Counted from the first letter of the stretch, positions 51,121 to 59,347 are shown. The stretch is 64,000 bases of DNA from Candidatus Woesebacteria bacterium GW2011_GWF1_31_35 (GCA_001029755.1 CP011214.1:1754-65753), one strand, 5' to 3'. Made by a program: numbers and translations. Notes: generated from the sequence alone by a model not told the origin.

Positions 51121-52080
51121 TTATAATATTTTACCTGCTTTTAAGATTAAAATAATTGCCATAATCATACCTAAAAATGATACATGAGCAAAACTTCTGC
51201 CTGCAATTCTAGCAATACCTTTTTTTGATACAAAAAAACTATCAACCAAAAATACCACCACCAAAAGTCCCACAACACTTAAAGATATTGCCCTAGTTGT
51301 TGCAAATGGAGATATTATAAATTGTTGTATTTTTGATGTAGTAAAAATAGCCTCAACAGTAGAAACAGGTGAAGCTATTGCAATAATCGGAATTGGAGAA
51401 CTAGTTGGAGAAATAGTCGCAGCAATAGTAGGCTTTATTGTTGGTTTAATAGTTGGATTATCATTTATAGGATTGTTGGCAGCTACAGGCTGGGCAATAT
51501 TATCAACATAGGTTGATCCAAAAAATTGAACTATTATAGTTGTATCAACTCCAGCTAAATCTCCTTCAACTACCCCAATCCCAATTTCTTTGTATTTTGA
51601 ATTTAAAATATTTTCCCTATGAGTTGGGGAATTCATCCAAGCATCAACTGCAGAAGAAGCACTACTAAAGTCTCTTGCTAAATTTTCACCAGCGTATCTA
51701 TATCTATAACCAGCACTTGTAAAAAAACTCCAAGGCTGTGTTCCATCTGGAGCTATATGTGCCCAATAATCCTTTATAATCATATCATTTCCCTTAGATT
51801 GGGCAGCTACAGAAAGTGTTCCATTTAATGTTAATGAAGGTAAGCCTGCTTGGGCTCTTTTTTCGTTTGTAAGCCTTATAATTTCATCAGGTGAGATCTG
51901 GGAGGCATATCCTAAGATAGATGGACCCAATTTAGGTATAAAATTTAAAACAGCTTGGAAAAGAATAAAAAATGAGGCTAAAACTAATAAACCACTTGGA
52001 TGTAAAATTTTAGCCTTGTGGTTATTACTTGCTCGAGGCAAAAATAAATGAAGTGTTTTTTCTATAAAATCCATACACAT
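51121..52080 (-). CDS. Membrane-anchored CAP/SCP domain protein
   Basis: LTNEKR, AAQSKG.DM...YWAH, GENLA, WMNSPTHRENIL, EIGIG; Pro/Thr-rich linker; C-terminal TMs. Confidence 0.85.
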   Translation of the reverse strand: MCMDFIEKTLHLFLPRASNNHKAKILHPSGLLVLASFFILFQAVLNFIPKLGPSILGYASQISPDEIIRLTNEKRAQAGLPSLTLNGTLSVAAQSKGNDMIIKDYWAHIAPDGTQPWSFFTSAGYRYRYAGENLARDFSSASSAVDAWMNSPTHRENILNSKYKEIGIGVVEGDLAGVDTTIIVQFFGSTYVDNIAQPVAANNPINDNPTIKPTIKPTIAATISPTSSPIPIIAIASPVSTVEAIFTTSKIQQFIISPFATTRAISLSVVGLLVVVFLVDSFFVSKKGIARIAGRSFAHVSFLGMIMAIILILKAGKIL

Positions 52081-52129
52081 TCATCATATCTTTTCGATTA
52101 GGAGAATTCAATCATTCTTCAATGAAAGT

Positions 52130-53509
52130 TTAGTTATTTTCAAACAAAATTGTTGGAGATGGTTCAGGACTTGGAGACGGACTTAGTGTCGGTGTTGGAA
52201 AAACTTCTGGAATAGGCGTAGGTGATGGACTTGAACTTGATTCAGATTCTACAGTTTGTGTAGAAAAAGAAGAAATTAAATCTTCTTCTGAAAGATTTGT
52301 ATATCCTGGTGTTCCATAATTATTTCCTTCAATATCCCAATATTTAGTACTATTGCAAGCAATATTTGTACAGGTATGCCATCCAGATGATAGATCACTA
52401 TTTCTTTCCATAGACTGTTCGACAGTTGCCGGCGAAGTATGTGTACCAGCAACCCATGACCCCATAGGGGTTTGGTCAATAATATTACCTGAAGCATCCT
52501 TAAGTATTAATTGCTCCCCAGGACTTTTAGTCAAATGTAGACTACTATCAATTTGATCTACTACCAATGAATGACTCAACGCAGATTTATCATCTATTGA
52601 TGCATAATGACTTAGAAGAAAATAACCATTAGCTTCAATCTTTCCATTTAAAATTATTTCGTTAGGGCCAGGACCTGCACCATAAAGTTTCCAGCCCGTT
52701 ATATCAATAACTTCATTAGTAGTATTTCTTAGTTCTATCCATTTATCTAATTCATGTACAGTTGAACCCATCCACATTATTTCATTAATAACAACACTCC
52801 CTATAACATCAGGTGTTGACCAATTACTAGTCGCTGAAAAAGTACTACCCCCAATTACAGCCACATCAGAAAAATAAGCATTTATAGGTTTGATTTGAAA
52901 AAGACCGAATCCTAATAAAAAGTAAATAAGTAACAAATCAATGGGTTTGTTTTTATGCAATTTTTCAGATTCTTCATATTTTTTTTCTACTTCTTTTTCA
53001 ATTGTCTTTTTAATATTTAATAATTCACTAATAATAATGAGAAGGGCAGGTAAAACCACCAAAAGACCAAAACCTAAAGGTTTTTTTATCCAAACAGATA
53101 AATAACCTAAAAAGGGTAAGGAAAAAATAACTTTACCTTTTATTTGAAATGAAGAAATTTCAGCAATATCTTCAATACTATTAGCATCCCCTTTTGTTTT
53201 AAAGACAGTCTCACCATTCTTCTTTTCAACTGCTACCAATCGGTGAGTAATTGATACGTTTGGATCTTCTGCTGAAATATATGTAATAATCTCTCCTTTT
53301 TTTAAAATTTCAGGATCAACTTTTTGAGTAAAAACTACTGAACCTACTTTGATTGCAGGTTCCATCGAACCGGACATGACTCTTAAAACTTGAAAGCTCT
53401 TAATTGGGTTAAAAGCAGTAAAAACCAACAATAAAACTATCGAAATCAAAACAACAGTTAATAACCATTGAAAAATATTAATTATTTTTTTTAATATATT
53501 TTTAAGCAT
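52130..53509 (-). CDS. sipW: SipW/archaeal-type signal peptidase I fused to an internal SipW-type signal peptide, lamin-tail domain and Pro/Ser/Thr tail
   Basis: VMSGSMEP, ITHRLV, TKGDAN...D (Ser/His S26B type); then LLLIYFLLGFGLFQIKPINA/YFSD; VVINEIMW...WIELRN..DITGWKL (LTD); ...GTPG..N; PSPTPIP tail. Confidence 0.85.
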   Translation of the reverse strand: MLKNILKKIINIFQWLLTVVLISIVLLLVFTAFNPIKSFQVLRVMSGSMEPAIKVGSVVFTQKVDPEILKKGEIITYISAEDPNVSITHRLVAVEKKNGETVFKTKGDANSIEDIAEISSFQIKGKVIFSLPFLGYLSVWIKKPLGFGLLVVLPALLIIISELLNIKKTIEKEVEKKYEESEKLHKNKPIDLLLIYFLLGFGLFQIKPINAYFSDVAVIGGSTFSATSNWSTPDVIGSVVINEIMWMGSTVHELDKWIELRNTTNEVIDITGWKLYGAGPGPNEIILNGKIEANGYFLLSHYASIDDKSALSHSLVVDQIDSSLHLTKSPGEQLILKDASGNIIDQTPMGSWVAGTHTSPATVEQSMERNSDLSSGWHTCTNIACNSTKYWDIEGNNYGTPGYTNLSEEDLISSFSTQTVESESSSSPSPTPIPEVFPTPTLSPSPSPEPSPTILFENN

Positions 53510-53526
53510 ATTTAAAACCTTTTATA

Positions 53527-53571
53527 AGTTACCCAAATCAGACCTATATTCTAGGCCCTTTCTGGGTAACC
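53527..53571 (-). terminator. Stem-loop between the tasA-like gene and the sipW fusion (partial terminator or mRNA stabiliser)
   Basis: gttaccca (53528-35) pairs with tgggtaac (53563-70); inner ccta/tagg stem; no clean U-tract on the minus strand. Confidence 0.55.
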
Positions 53572-53591
53572 TAAAAAACCTCAAACATAGT

Positions 53592-54227
53592 TTAAGGTGT
53601 TTGTACAAGGCCAAATACCGCATTCATGGTAACACTATCTCCTTGTATACTATTCCCTGCAGTAGTAGGAATTGACCACTCAATTTTAACACTGGCTGTT
53701 GTATTCATTTCCCCAACACTTTCACCAATCATTGGACCAAGTGTATAAGGACCATTGAATTGATCAACAGTACCATTTAAACCAGTATCTACAAAAAAAC
53801 CATTATGATCACCATCATAATAAACACGGAAATTTAAAACTCCAGCAAGATCACTCCAACCAGAAGTTCTATTTAAATCAATTGTTGCATTGCCATTAAT
53901 AGTACCATCATTCGCAATGTCTATTATTTGTACTCTAGTATCACCTGGTTTTAAATTATTTAGACCTGCCTGAGCCATAAAGTTATCATAACCTATCCCA
54001 ATTGTTGTATCCAAATAAGTTCTATAATCAGTACTAGAAATATCAAATCCATCAACCCAATTATAAGTGGCTGATCTTGGATCTTGATCTATCTTAAGAT
54101 CCATAGTTCCAGAAGAGAAAGTGGTTCCAAGAATTGACGCTGTATCACTAAAATAAGCAACTGTAGCAGTTGTTACTCCAGCGATAACCAAAGCAATCAT
54201 TGTTAGACTTAATAATATTTTTTTCAT
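53592..54227 (-). CDS. TasA/camelysin-like secreted protein with SipW-cognate signal peptide
   Basis: MKKILLSL...AGVTTATVA/YFSD...TFSSGTMDL, NLKPGD...I.NDGT, W......GNSIQGD....F.L.Q: TasA-family N- and C-terminal signatures; adjacent to sipW. Confidence 0.8.
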   Translation of the reverse strand: MKKILLSLTMIALVIAGVTTATVAYFSDTASILGTTFSSGTMDLKIDQDPRSATYNWVDGFDISSTDYRTYLDTTIGIGYDNFMAQAGLNNLKPGDTRVQIIDIANDGTINGNATIDLNRTSGWSDLAGVLNFRVYYDGDHNGFFVDTGLNGTVDQFNGPYTLGPMIGESVGEMNTTASVKIEWSIPTTAGNSIQGDSVTMNAVFGLVQTP

Positions 54228-54240
54228 GTTTTTTAATTAT

Positions 54241-54250
54241 TCACCTCCTT
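54241..54250 (-). promoter_or_regulatory. Strong Shine-Dalgarno (AAGGAGGTGA) for the tasA-like gene
   Basis: tcacctcctt on the plus strand, 13 nt from the ATG. Confidence 0.8.
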
Positions 54251-54311
54251 TCATATATCCAAAAGAAATATGGAGAATTTTTAAAAAAAGAGTAATATCC
54301 TGAAGAAAAAC

Positions 54312-54365
54312 AGGCTTTTCATCAACTGACAATGTATTTAACATACCAGTCATGAAACAAAGCCT
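54312..54365 (-). other. Long imperfect hairpin in the putative 5' leader of the tasA-like gene
   Basis: aggcttt/aaagcct, ttcat/atgaa, actg/cagt and gtat/atac nested complementary arms. Confidence 0.5.
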
Positions 54366-54440
54366 TTTGGGGACAGTCAAAAAGTTAATTACAATATACA
54401 CTAACCATTAGAATAGTTGTCAAGTAGTATCCGTGTTATG

Positions 54441-54965
54441 TTATTGTAATCTATATGAAATAAATTGTCTGGGTTCACCAAACATTTGAACAATTACAGT
54501 ACGTGTCTGACCATTTACTACTCCAGTTGCTAAAGCTATTCCAGTTTCTTTGTAACGATTAGAAAGAAGGTTTTGTTTATGAGTAGGTGATGCTAACCAC
54601 GCACCTATTAAAGATCCAGTATCACCATAATCTCTCCCTAAATTTTCTCCAGCTAATCTACCTCTATATCCTGTTGCTAATATAAATTTCCAAGGAGTAG
54701 CCCCAGTTGTTGGATTATTATGAGCCCAATAACCATAGGAAATTAAATCTTGTGCTTTTCGTTGTGCAGCTAAAGTTAATAAATTATTTTTCTTTAAAGC
54801 TAATTGTCCATTTTGGATACGTGTCTGATTTACTTCATTATAAACATTTTCAACAGAAAGACCTGAAGCCTTTACTAAATTGGGTATAGCTAAAAATACA
54901 AATGCAAAAATAAAAATAGCACTTGAGATAATTATGCTTTTAAAAAAGTTATTCTTGTTCATCAA
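54441..54965 (-). CDS. Secreted CAP/SCP domain protein
   Basis: Signal peptide (VKA/S); EVNQTR, AAQRKAQD...YWAH, GENLG, WLASPTHKQNLL, ETGIA, VQMFG. Confidence 0.85.
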   Translation of the reverse strand: MMNKNNFFKSIIISSAIFIFAFVFLAIPNLVKASGLSVENVYNEVNQTRIQNGQLALKKNNLLTLAAQRKAQDLISYGYWAHNNPTTGATPWKFILATGYRGRLAGENLGRDYGDTGSLIGAWLASPTHKQNLLSNRYKETGIALATGVVNGQTRTVIVQMFGEPRQFISYRLQ

Positions 54966-54971
54966 TGTAAG

Positions 54972-55028
54972 TGTGAAGATTAGTGAAGTAGCTTGCGTGA
55001 TGAGATAACTGACAAAAATATGTCAAAA
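54972..55028. promoter_or_regulatory. Conserved 57-bp regulatory motif, copy 1
   Basis: TGTGAAGAT-N12-TTGCGTGAT-N5-AACTGACAAAAA-N3-GTCAAAA, directly upstream of the CAP gene. Confidence 0.7.
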
Positions 55029-55062
55029 AATGCAAAGTTTATTACTATCTATTTGTCCTTTT

Positions 55063-55158
55063 TTACTCTCCCAACATGTTTGGCTTAGATGGAATAATTG
55101 CCAAAGCAGCAAATACACCTAAAATATAGCCAACTGTAACCAATGCAAAATAAATCAT
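55063..55158 (-). CDS. Unannotated 31-aa hydrophobic peptide
   Basis: Hand translation MIYFALVTVGYILGVFAALAIIPSKPNMLGE*; single TM; lies downstream of motif copy 2. Confidence 0.45.
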   Translation of the reverse strand: MIYFALVTVGYILGVFAALAIIPSKPNMLGE

Positions 55159-55189
55159 AATAATTATATTTTTTCTAACTTACTACTAT

Positions 55190-55246
55190 TGTGAAGATAA
55201 TTAAAATAGGTTGCGTGATAAACAAACTGACAAAAAATAGTCAAAA
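55190..55246. promoter_or_regulatory. Conserved 57-bp regulatory motif, copy 2 (overlaps the regulator's promoter)
   Basis: Same four blocks and identical spacing as copy 1, 218 bp away; followed by a further TGACAAAAAAT at 55248 and TGaTACCAT at 55258-66. Confidence 0.7.
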
Positions 55247-55276
55247 TTGACAAAAAATGATACCATATGCTCCTAA

Positions 55277-56476
55277 ATGTCAAAACTTGAAAAATTAGTA
55301 GTCACCAAACAATATCTTGATGCCGAAAATAAGTGGGGACAAATACTTAATAATGGAGAAAGTCTTTCAATCCTATTTCCCCCTGTTTCAGATTGCCAAC
55401 GTAGAATTAGCCAATTTATTAGTGAACACAACAATGAATTTCTATTCTCAGAAGTAAACCCCCTTGATCTAGCTACTGAAGAATTAATTGACCTTGAAGC
55501 AAGTTTACTGATTCAAGCTAGGTTATTGTCTGAATTTAAAAAATTCCAAAGTTTTGAATCTTTAATTCATCATTTAGATAAAAACAAACGGCATTTAATA
55601 ATAACCTGTCCACTAGCTGATTTTTTGTTTACTCAAAAAGGCAAACAATATCTATCTTTAATTCAAAAAATTATTTTTCAATATACACCAACTCTTACTT
55701 GTTTTTTAGCATTTGAGACTGACATTATTCACCCTGATAATGCTGAATTGGTACGTAATTACCACATGCTTTTTCAACATATTGGTTATTACCCACTTTA
55801 CTCATCTACTGATACATCCACCTTTATTAATTATCTATGTCTAAAATGGGAAATTAAAATAAAAACAAAGGTTAAACAAGAAATTATTGAAAAATGTGGT
55901 GGATATTTTTGGTTAGTAAAAGAGGCTTTAAGACAAATTCGTGATAATGGTTCTTGGGAGATAAACTCAGAATCTTTCCAATATCGTTTGCAAACAATCG
56001 CCCAATCTTTAAAAGAGAGTGAATATATAACTATCGCCAAAATCTTAAGTAAAAGCCGTGGATTTGATGATGTTCAATTACACAGCAGAAAATATCTACA
56101 AAAGATAGGATTATTAGATAATAAATTCAATTTAACTGTCCCACTTTTAAAAGATACAATAATTAAGCTTGGAGCAAGTAAAAGAAAACTTATACTTATC
56201 AAAAATGAAATCTTTTTAAACCAAGTGCCTGTTAGTAATTTCTTTTCTCGAAAGGAATTCCGCATTATTAAATTACTTTTATCTCGCGAAGGAGAAACTG
56301 TCACTCGTGACGAAATTGCAGATGTAATTTGGTTAATGGATGTTAAGGAAAAATATTCAGAATGGGCAATTGATCAATTAGTTAAAAGATTACGAAATCG
56401 TTTGTCAGAACTTTTAATACCAAAAACAGTATTACGTTCTGTTCGTGGAAAAGGATATTGCTATGTTCAATCATGA
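55277..56476 (+). CDS. Transcriptional regulator: degenerate STAND/AAA-like N-terminal domain + C-terminal OmpR/PhoB-type winged helix
   Basis: FSRKEFRIIKLL..REGETVTRDEIA..IW...AIDQLVKRLRNRL...SVRGKGY (Trans_reg_C); CGGYFWLV resembles STAND GxP; Walker A decayed (FPPVSDCQ). Confidence 0.8.
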   Translation: MSKLEKLVVTKQYLDAENKWGQILNNGESLSILFPPVSDCQRRISQFISEHNNEFLFSEVNPLDLATEELIDLEASLLIQARLLSEFKKFQSFESLIHHLDKNKRHLIITCPLADFLFTQKGKQYLSLIQKIIFQYTPTLTCFLAFETDIIHPDNAELVRNYHMLFQHIGYYPLYSSTDTSTFINYLCLKWEIKIKTKVKQEIIEKCGGYFWLVKEALRQIRDNGSWEINSESFQYRLQTIAQSLKESEYITIAKILSKSRGFDDVQLHSRKYLQKIGLLDNKFNLTVPLLKDTIIKLGASKRKLILIKNEIFLNQVPVSNFFSRKEFRIIKLLLSREGETVTRDEIADVIWLMDVKEKYSEWAIDQLVKRLRNRLSELLIPKTVLRSVRGKGYCYVQS

Positions 56477-58457
56477 AATAGAAATAAATATTGACCAAAA
56501 TAAAGAATCGCAAAATGATAGGGGTAATCTTTTTTCTTTATTAAAAAGAAATATATTAATAAATACAATTAAAGAAAACCCTGGCAGTTGTAATTTACCA
56601 GAAGTCGTCGAAAACATATTAAAAGAAACTCTAATTTTTCCCCAAACTGAAAAGGTAGAATTAACAGGAAGTTTGGCCAGATTTGCGATTGGATTTGGTT
56701 CAATGGAAAGACACAATCAAGGAAAAGATGGTGCGAGTAAATTACTAAGAGAGGTTAATATTTCAACAAATAAAAATAATTTTGAAAACAATCCATGGAA
56801 AAACATTATTACTGATCTTTCTGAAAGTGATTTGGATATGGATACTTGTTTTTATTTTAGACCAGGTTATTCATTATTGGATTTATATAATTCATTGGAA
56901 GAAAAACACAAAGATTCTAACAATTTAAAGGTAGAAAAAACAGATATTATTAGCACTTTTTCATTTAATCTAATGGATAACTTTCAACTAGCCATTACTC
57001 ATGAACCAATTATCACTAACCCTGGACTTAATAAATTAACTATTGATATATCTTACAAACCAGTAAATGAAGATTATAAACAAATCATGCATATTGATGT
57101 TAGTGAATCCCCGATAGATGCAGAAAAAGCAAGAAGACAAAAAAGACATGGTGGCAGAACTACAAAATCGCAAGATAGAGGTCGTCTAACATTAAAAATA
57201 GAAAATAAAAAAATAATTTATGAGGTAACAAATGAAGCTAAAATGGCACTTAAGGGGAGAGAGAGAATTAGTACTTCTGGAAAAAATATGAAAGATATTT
57301 TTGAATTATCACTGCGTTCCTTGCGAATAAGATTAATTCATACACCTGATGATCTTTCTATTAAAATAAATCATCTTTTCCCACTTTTCGATTCTAAAAG
57401 TTTATTTTCAATTAGAAAAAATGTTCAAGAATATGTATCAACAAATAATAACAAGTTGACTACAAAAGAAATGTCTCTTCCTTTAAAAGACTTAATTTTA
57501 TGTTTTAACTACGATCCATATATCACATTACATTTCTTGCAAGATAGTAATTTTTATTTATTATTTCCAGGACTAAATAATATTACTTCCAAGGGTTGGC
57601 GTAATTTATATTTGAGCGATTGGTTAAATCTAACAACCGTTGATGGTAATTTTTTAGAACCTGACAAAAGATCGTTAAATAGTTTAGTTAAAGATCAAGA
57701 TGAATATAGTAAGAGAAATTTATCCAATGGATTCATTTCAATACTACACGCAATTAGTGAATTAAAATATCCTAAAAAAGAATTTGATTTAATGAATTCT
57801 TTTAATTACTTTGATACATCAAAGATAGTTGAATTTAATCAAGAAAGAATAAAATCAAATAAACCTACTAAAGCTATTTCTTACCTTTTAAATTTCTTTA
57901 ATGGTGGTCTAACTGAAATAGAAATTCAAAGACTTTATAATTTATATTCAGATAAAAAAATTGAGACTGAAGAATTTAGAAAAGTATTGCGTGAACTTAA
58001 ATTGGAATCAAAAATAGATAAACAATTACGTACAGTAAACATCCAAGGAAGAAAAAGATCAGTAATCTTATATGGTTTAAGAACTGTAAAATCACAAAAC
58101 CCGTTACAATTAGATAATTTAATAGATAAAACTAGTGAAGTTACAAAGCATCCATGTTTAGATCGTGCTAATGAATACTTGATTAAAAACTTTAAAAATT
58201 TAGAATTTAATGATAAAACCATAACTTTAAAAAGTATTCATAACTTTCTAAAAAGTAATGGAGTATTAACCTTAGAAGCGCTTAGATCATTTTCTTACAA
58301 AGATTTTTCAGATTTTTATAATAAATATAATAACGAAGAAAAAAATAAATTAAATCAAGGAAACTTTCAGATTTATTGCAGAGGCCTTCAAATTATTTCT
58401 GAAGATGTTTTAAGATATCCACTATTTTCAAATTATTTACGTTTAGATAAAAAATAG
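56463..58457 (+). CDS. Hypothetical protein: divergent CCA/poly(A)-polymerase-like nucleotidyltransferase + winged helix
   Basis: ELTGSLARFAIG...SDLDMD, FELSLRSLRIR, FLQDSNFYLLFPGL; wHTH-like GGLTEIEI...FRKVLRELKLESKI...ILYGL. Start set at MFNHE (ORF track 56445). Confidence 0.55.
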   Translation: MFNHEIEINIDQNKESQNDRGNLFSLLKRNILINTIKENPGSCNLPEVVENILKETLIFPQTEKVELTGSLARFAIGFGSMERHNQGKDGASKLLREVNISTNKNNFENNPWKNIITDLSESDLDMDTCFYFRPGYSLLDLYNSLEEKHKDSNNLKVEKTDIISTFSFNLMDNFQLAITHEPIITNPGLNKLTIDISYKPVNEDYKQIMHIDVSESPIDAEKARRQKRHGGRTTKSQDRGRLTLKIENKKIIYEVTNEAKMALKGRERISTSGKNMKDIFELSLRSLRIRLIHTPDDLSIKINHLFPLFDSKSLFSIRKNVQEYVSTNNNKLTTKEMSLPLKDLILCFNYDPYITLHFLQDSNFYLLFPGLNNITSKGWRNLYLSDWLNLTTVDGNFLEPDKRSLNSLVKDQDEYSKRNLSNGFISILHAISELKYPKKEFDLMNSFNYFDTSKIVEFNQERIKSNKPTKAISYLLNFFNGGLTEIEIQRLYNLYSDKKIETEEFRKVLRELKLESKIDKQLRTVNIQGRKRSVILYGLRTVKSQNPLQLDNLIDKTSEVTKHPCLDRANEYLIKNFKNLEFNDKTITLKSIHNFLKSNGVLTLEALRSFSYKDFSDFYNKYNNEEKNKLNQGNFQIYCRGLQIISEDVLRYPLFSNYLRLDKK

Positions 58458-59347
58458 AAATAAAGAACTGGGAGAACAATTATTAGAGTAATAATTCCAA
58501 GTGTTATTTTAGTTCTATCCTTCGCAAATTTAACTACCTTTCCAATAATTCCATTGGGAGTTTCTGTTGCAGATGGATTATTAATAGTTTCAAGATTTGC
58601 TTCCTCACCCAACACCTGTCCAGTACCTTCTTTAGGAAGTACTGTAACCTTACCAGATCCATTTTGAGATGGAACAGGTGTTATAACTGTAACAGTTGTA
58701 CTTCCATCCCCTACTAAACTTGATGAATTATCTGCTTTATCTAAAGCTCTTAATGCATAAAAGTAAGTTTTGTTAAAATCTGGTGTATGTTCATCATAGG
58801 TCATATCAGAATTTGAAGATCCTGATATTCTAGCAATTTCATGTTGGTTATCTGCTGAAAAGTCTACAGTCTCTCCTCTATAAATAACTACTTTTGAAAA
58901 ATCAGTGTCATTAGGATTTATCCAATGAATTTTAAAATCATCACTATCAATTGTATCTTTATAATAACCAGTTACAGGTGATGGTCCTGAAATATCATAG
59001 AAAGAACTTGTTTCATCTGTAGCACCAGAAATTTCTACTTTAAAATAGTATTTTGTTTGATCACTAACTTGTGAACTTGTAACTTCAACTTGGCCAGAAG
59101 CTCCATTTATAATTGGACCTAATGTTACATAACTTCCACCCTCTTTTCTGTAATAAAACTGAGCTGAAATACTTGTTGGATCACTAGTTACTGCAGAATA
59201 TGAAAGTTTAAAATTATTTGTATTAAAGTAACTTGGAAGTTTACTTATTGAAACCTCAGGTGTTATTTCTGCAACAGCTGGTCTAACCAAAAGTCCTAGA
59301 CCTAATAATAAAGAGATTAAAAATGTTATAACTTTACTTTTTTGCAT
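58433..59347 (-). CDS. Surface protein: signal peptide, Ig/FnIII-like domains, C-terminal TM anchor
   Basis: AVA/E signal; IHWINPNDTDFSKVVIYR...YFYALRALDKADNSS (FnIII); GQVLG; TM + KRK. Confidence 0.7.
   Translation of the reverse strand: MQKSKVITFLISLLLGLGLLVRPAVAEITPEVSISKLPSYFNTNNFKLSYSAVTSDPTSISAQFYYRKEGGSYVTLGPIINGASGQVEVTSSQVSDQTKYYFKVEISGATDETSSFYDISGPSPVTGYYKDTIDSDDFKIHWINPNDTDFSKVVIYRGETVDFSADNQHEIARISGSSNSDMTYDEHTPDFNKTYFYALRALDKADNSSSLVGDGSTTVTVITPVPSQNGSGKVTVLPKEGTGQVLGEEANLETINNPSATETPNGIIGKVVKFAKDRTKITLGIITLIIVLPVLYFYFLSKRK

Noticed and set aside
54228-54392. Leader considered as a known riboswitch (c-di-GMP-I/II, c-di-AMP)
   Set aside because: I could not find the conserved core nucleotides of these classes; retained only as an unclassified hairpin.
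54985-54997. TTGC block considered as a sigma54 -12 element
   Set aside because: No TGGCAC -24 element at the required distance in either copy.
54972-55246. Two-copy repeat considered as a CRISPR array or IS ends
   Set aside because: Only two copies 218 bp apart with divergent internal spacers; no cas or transposase genes; direct rather than inverted orientation.
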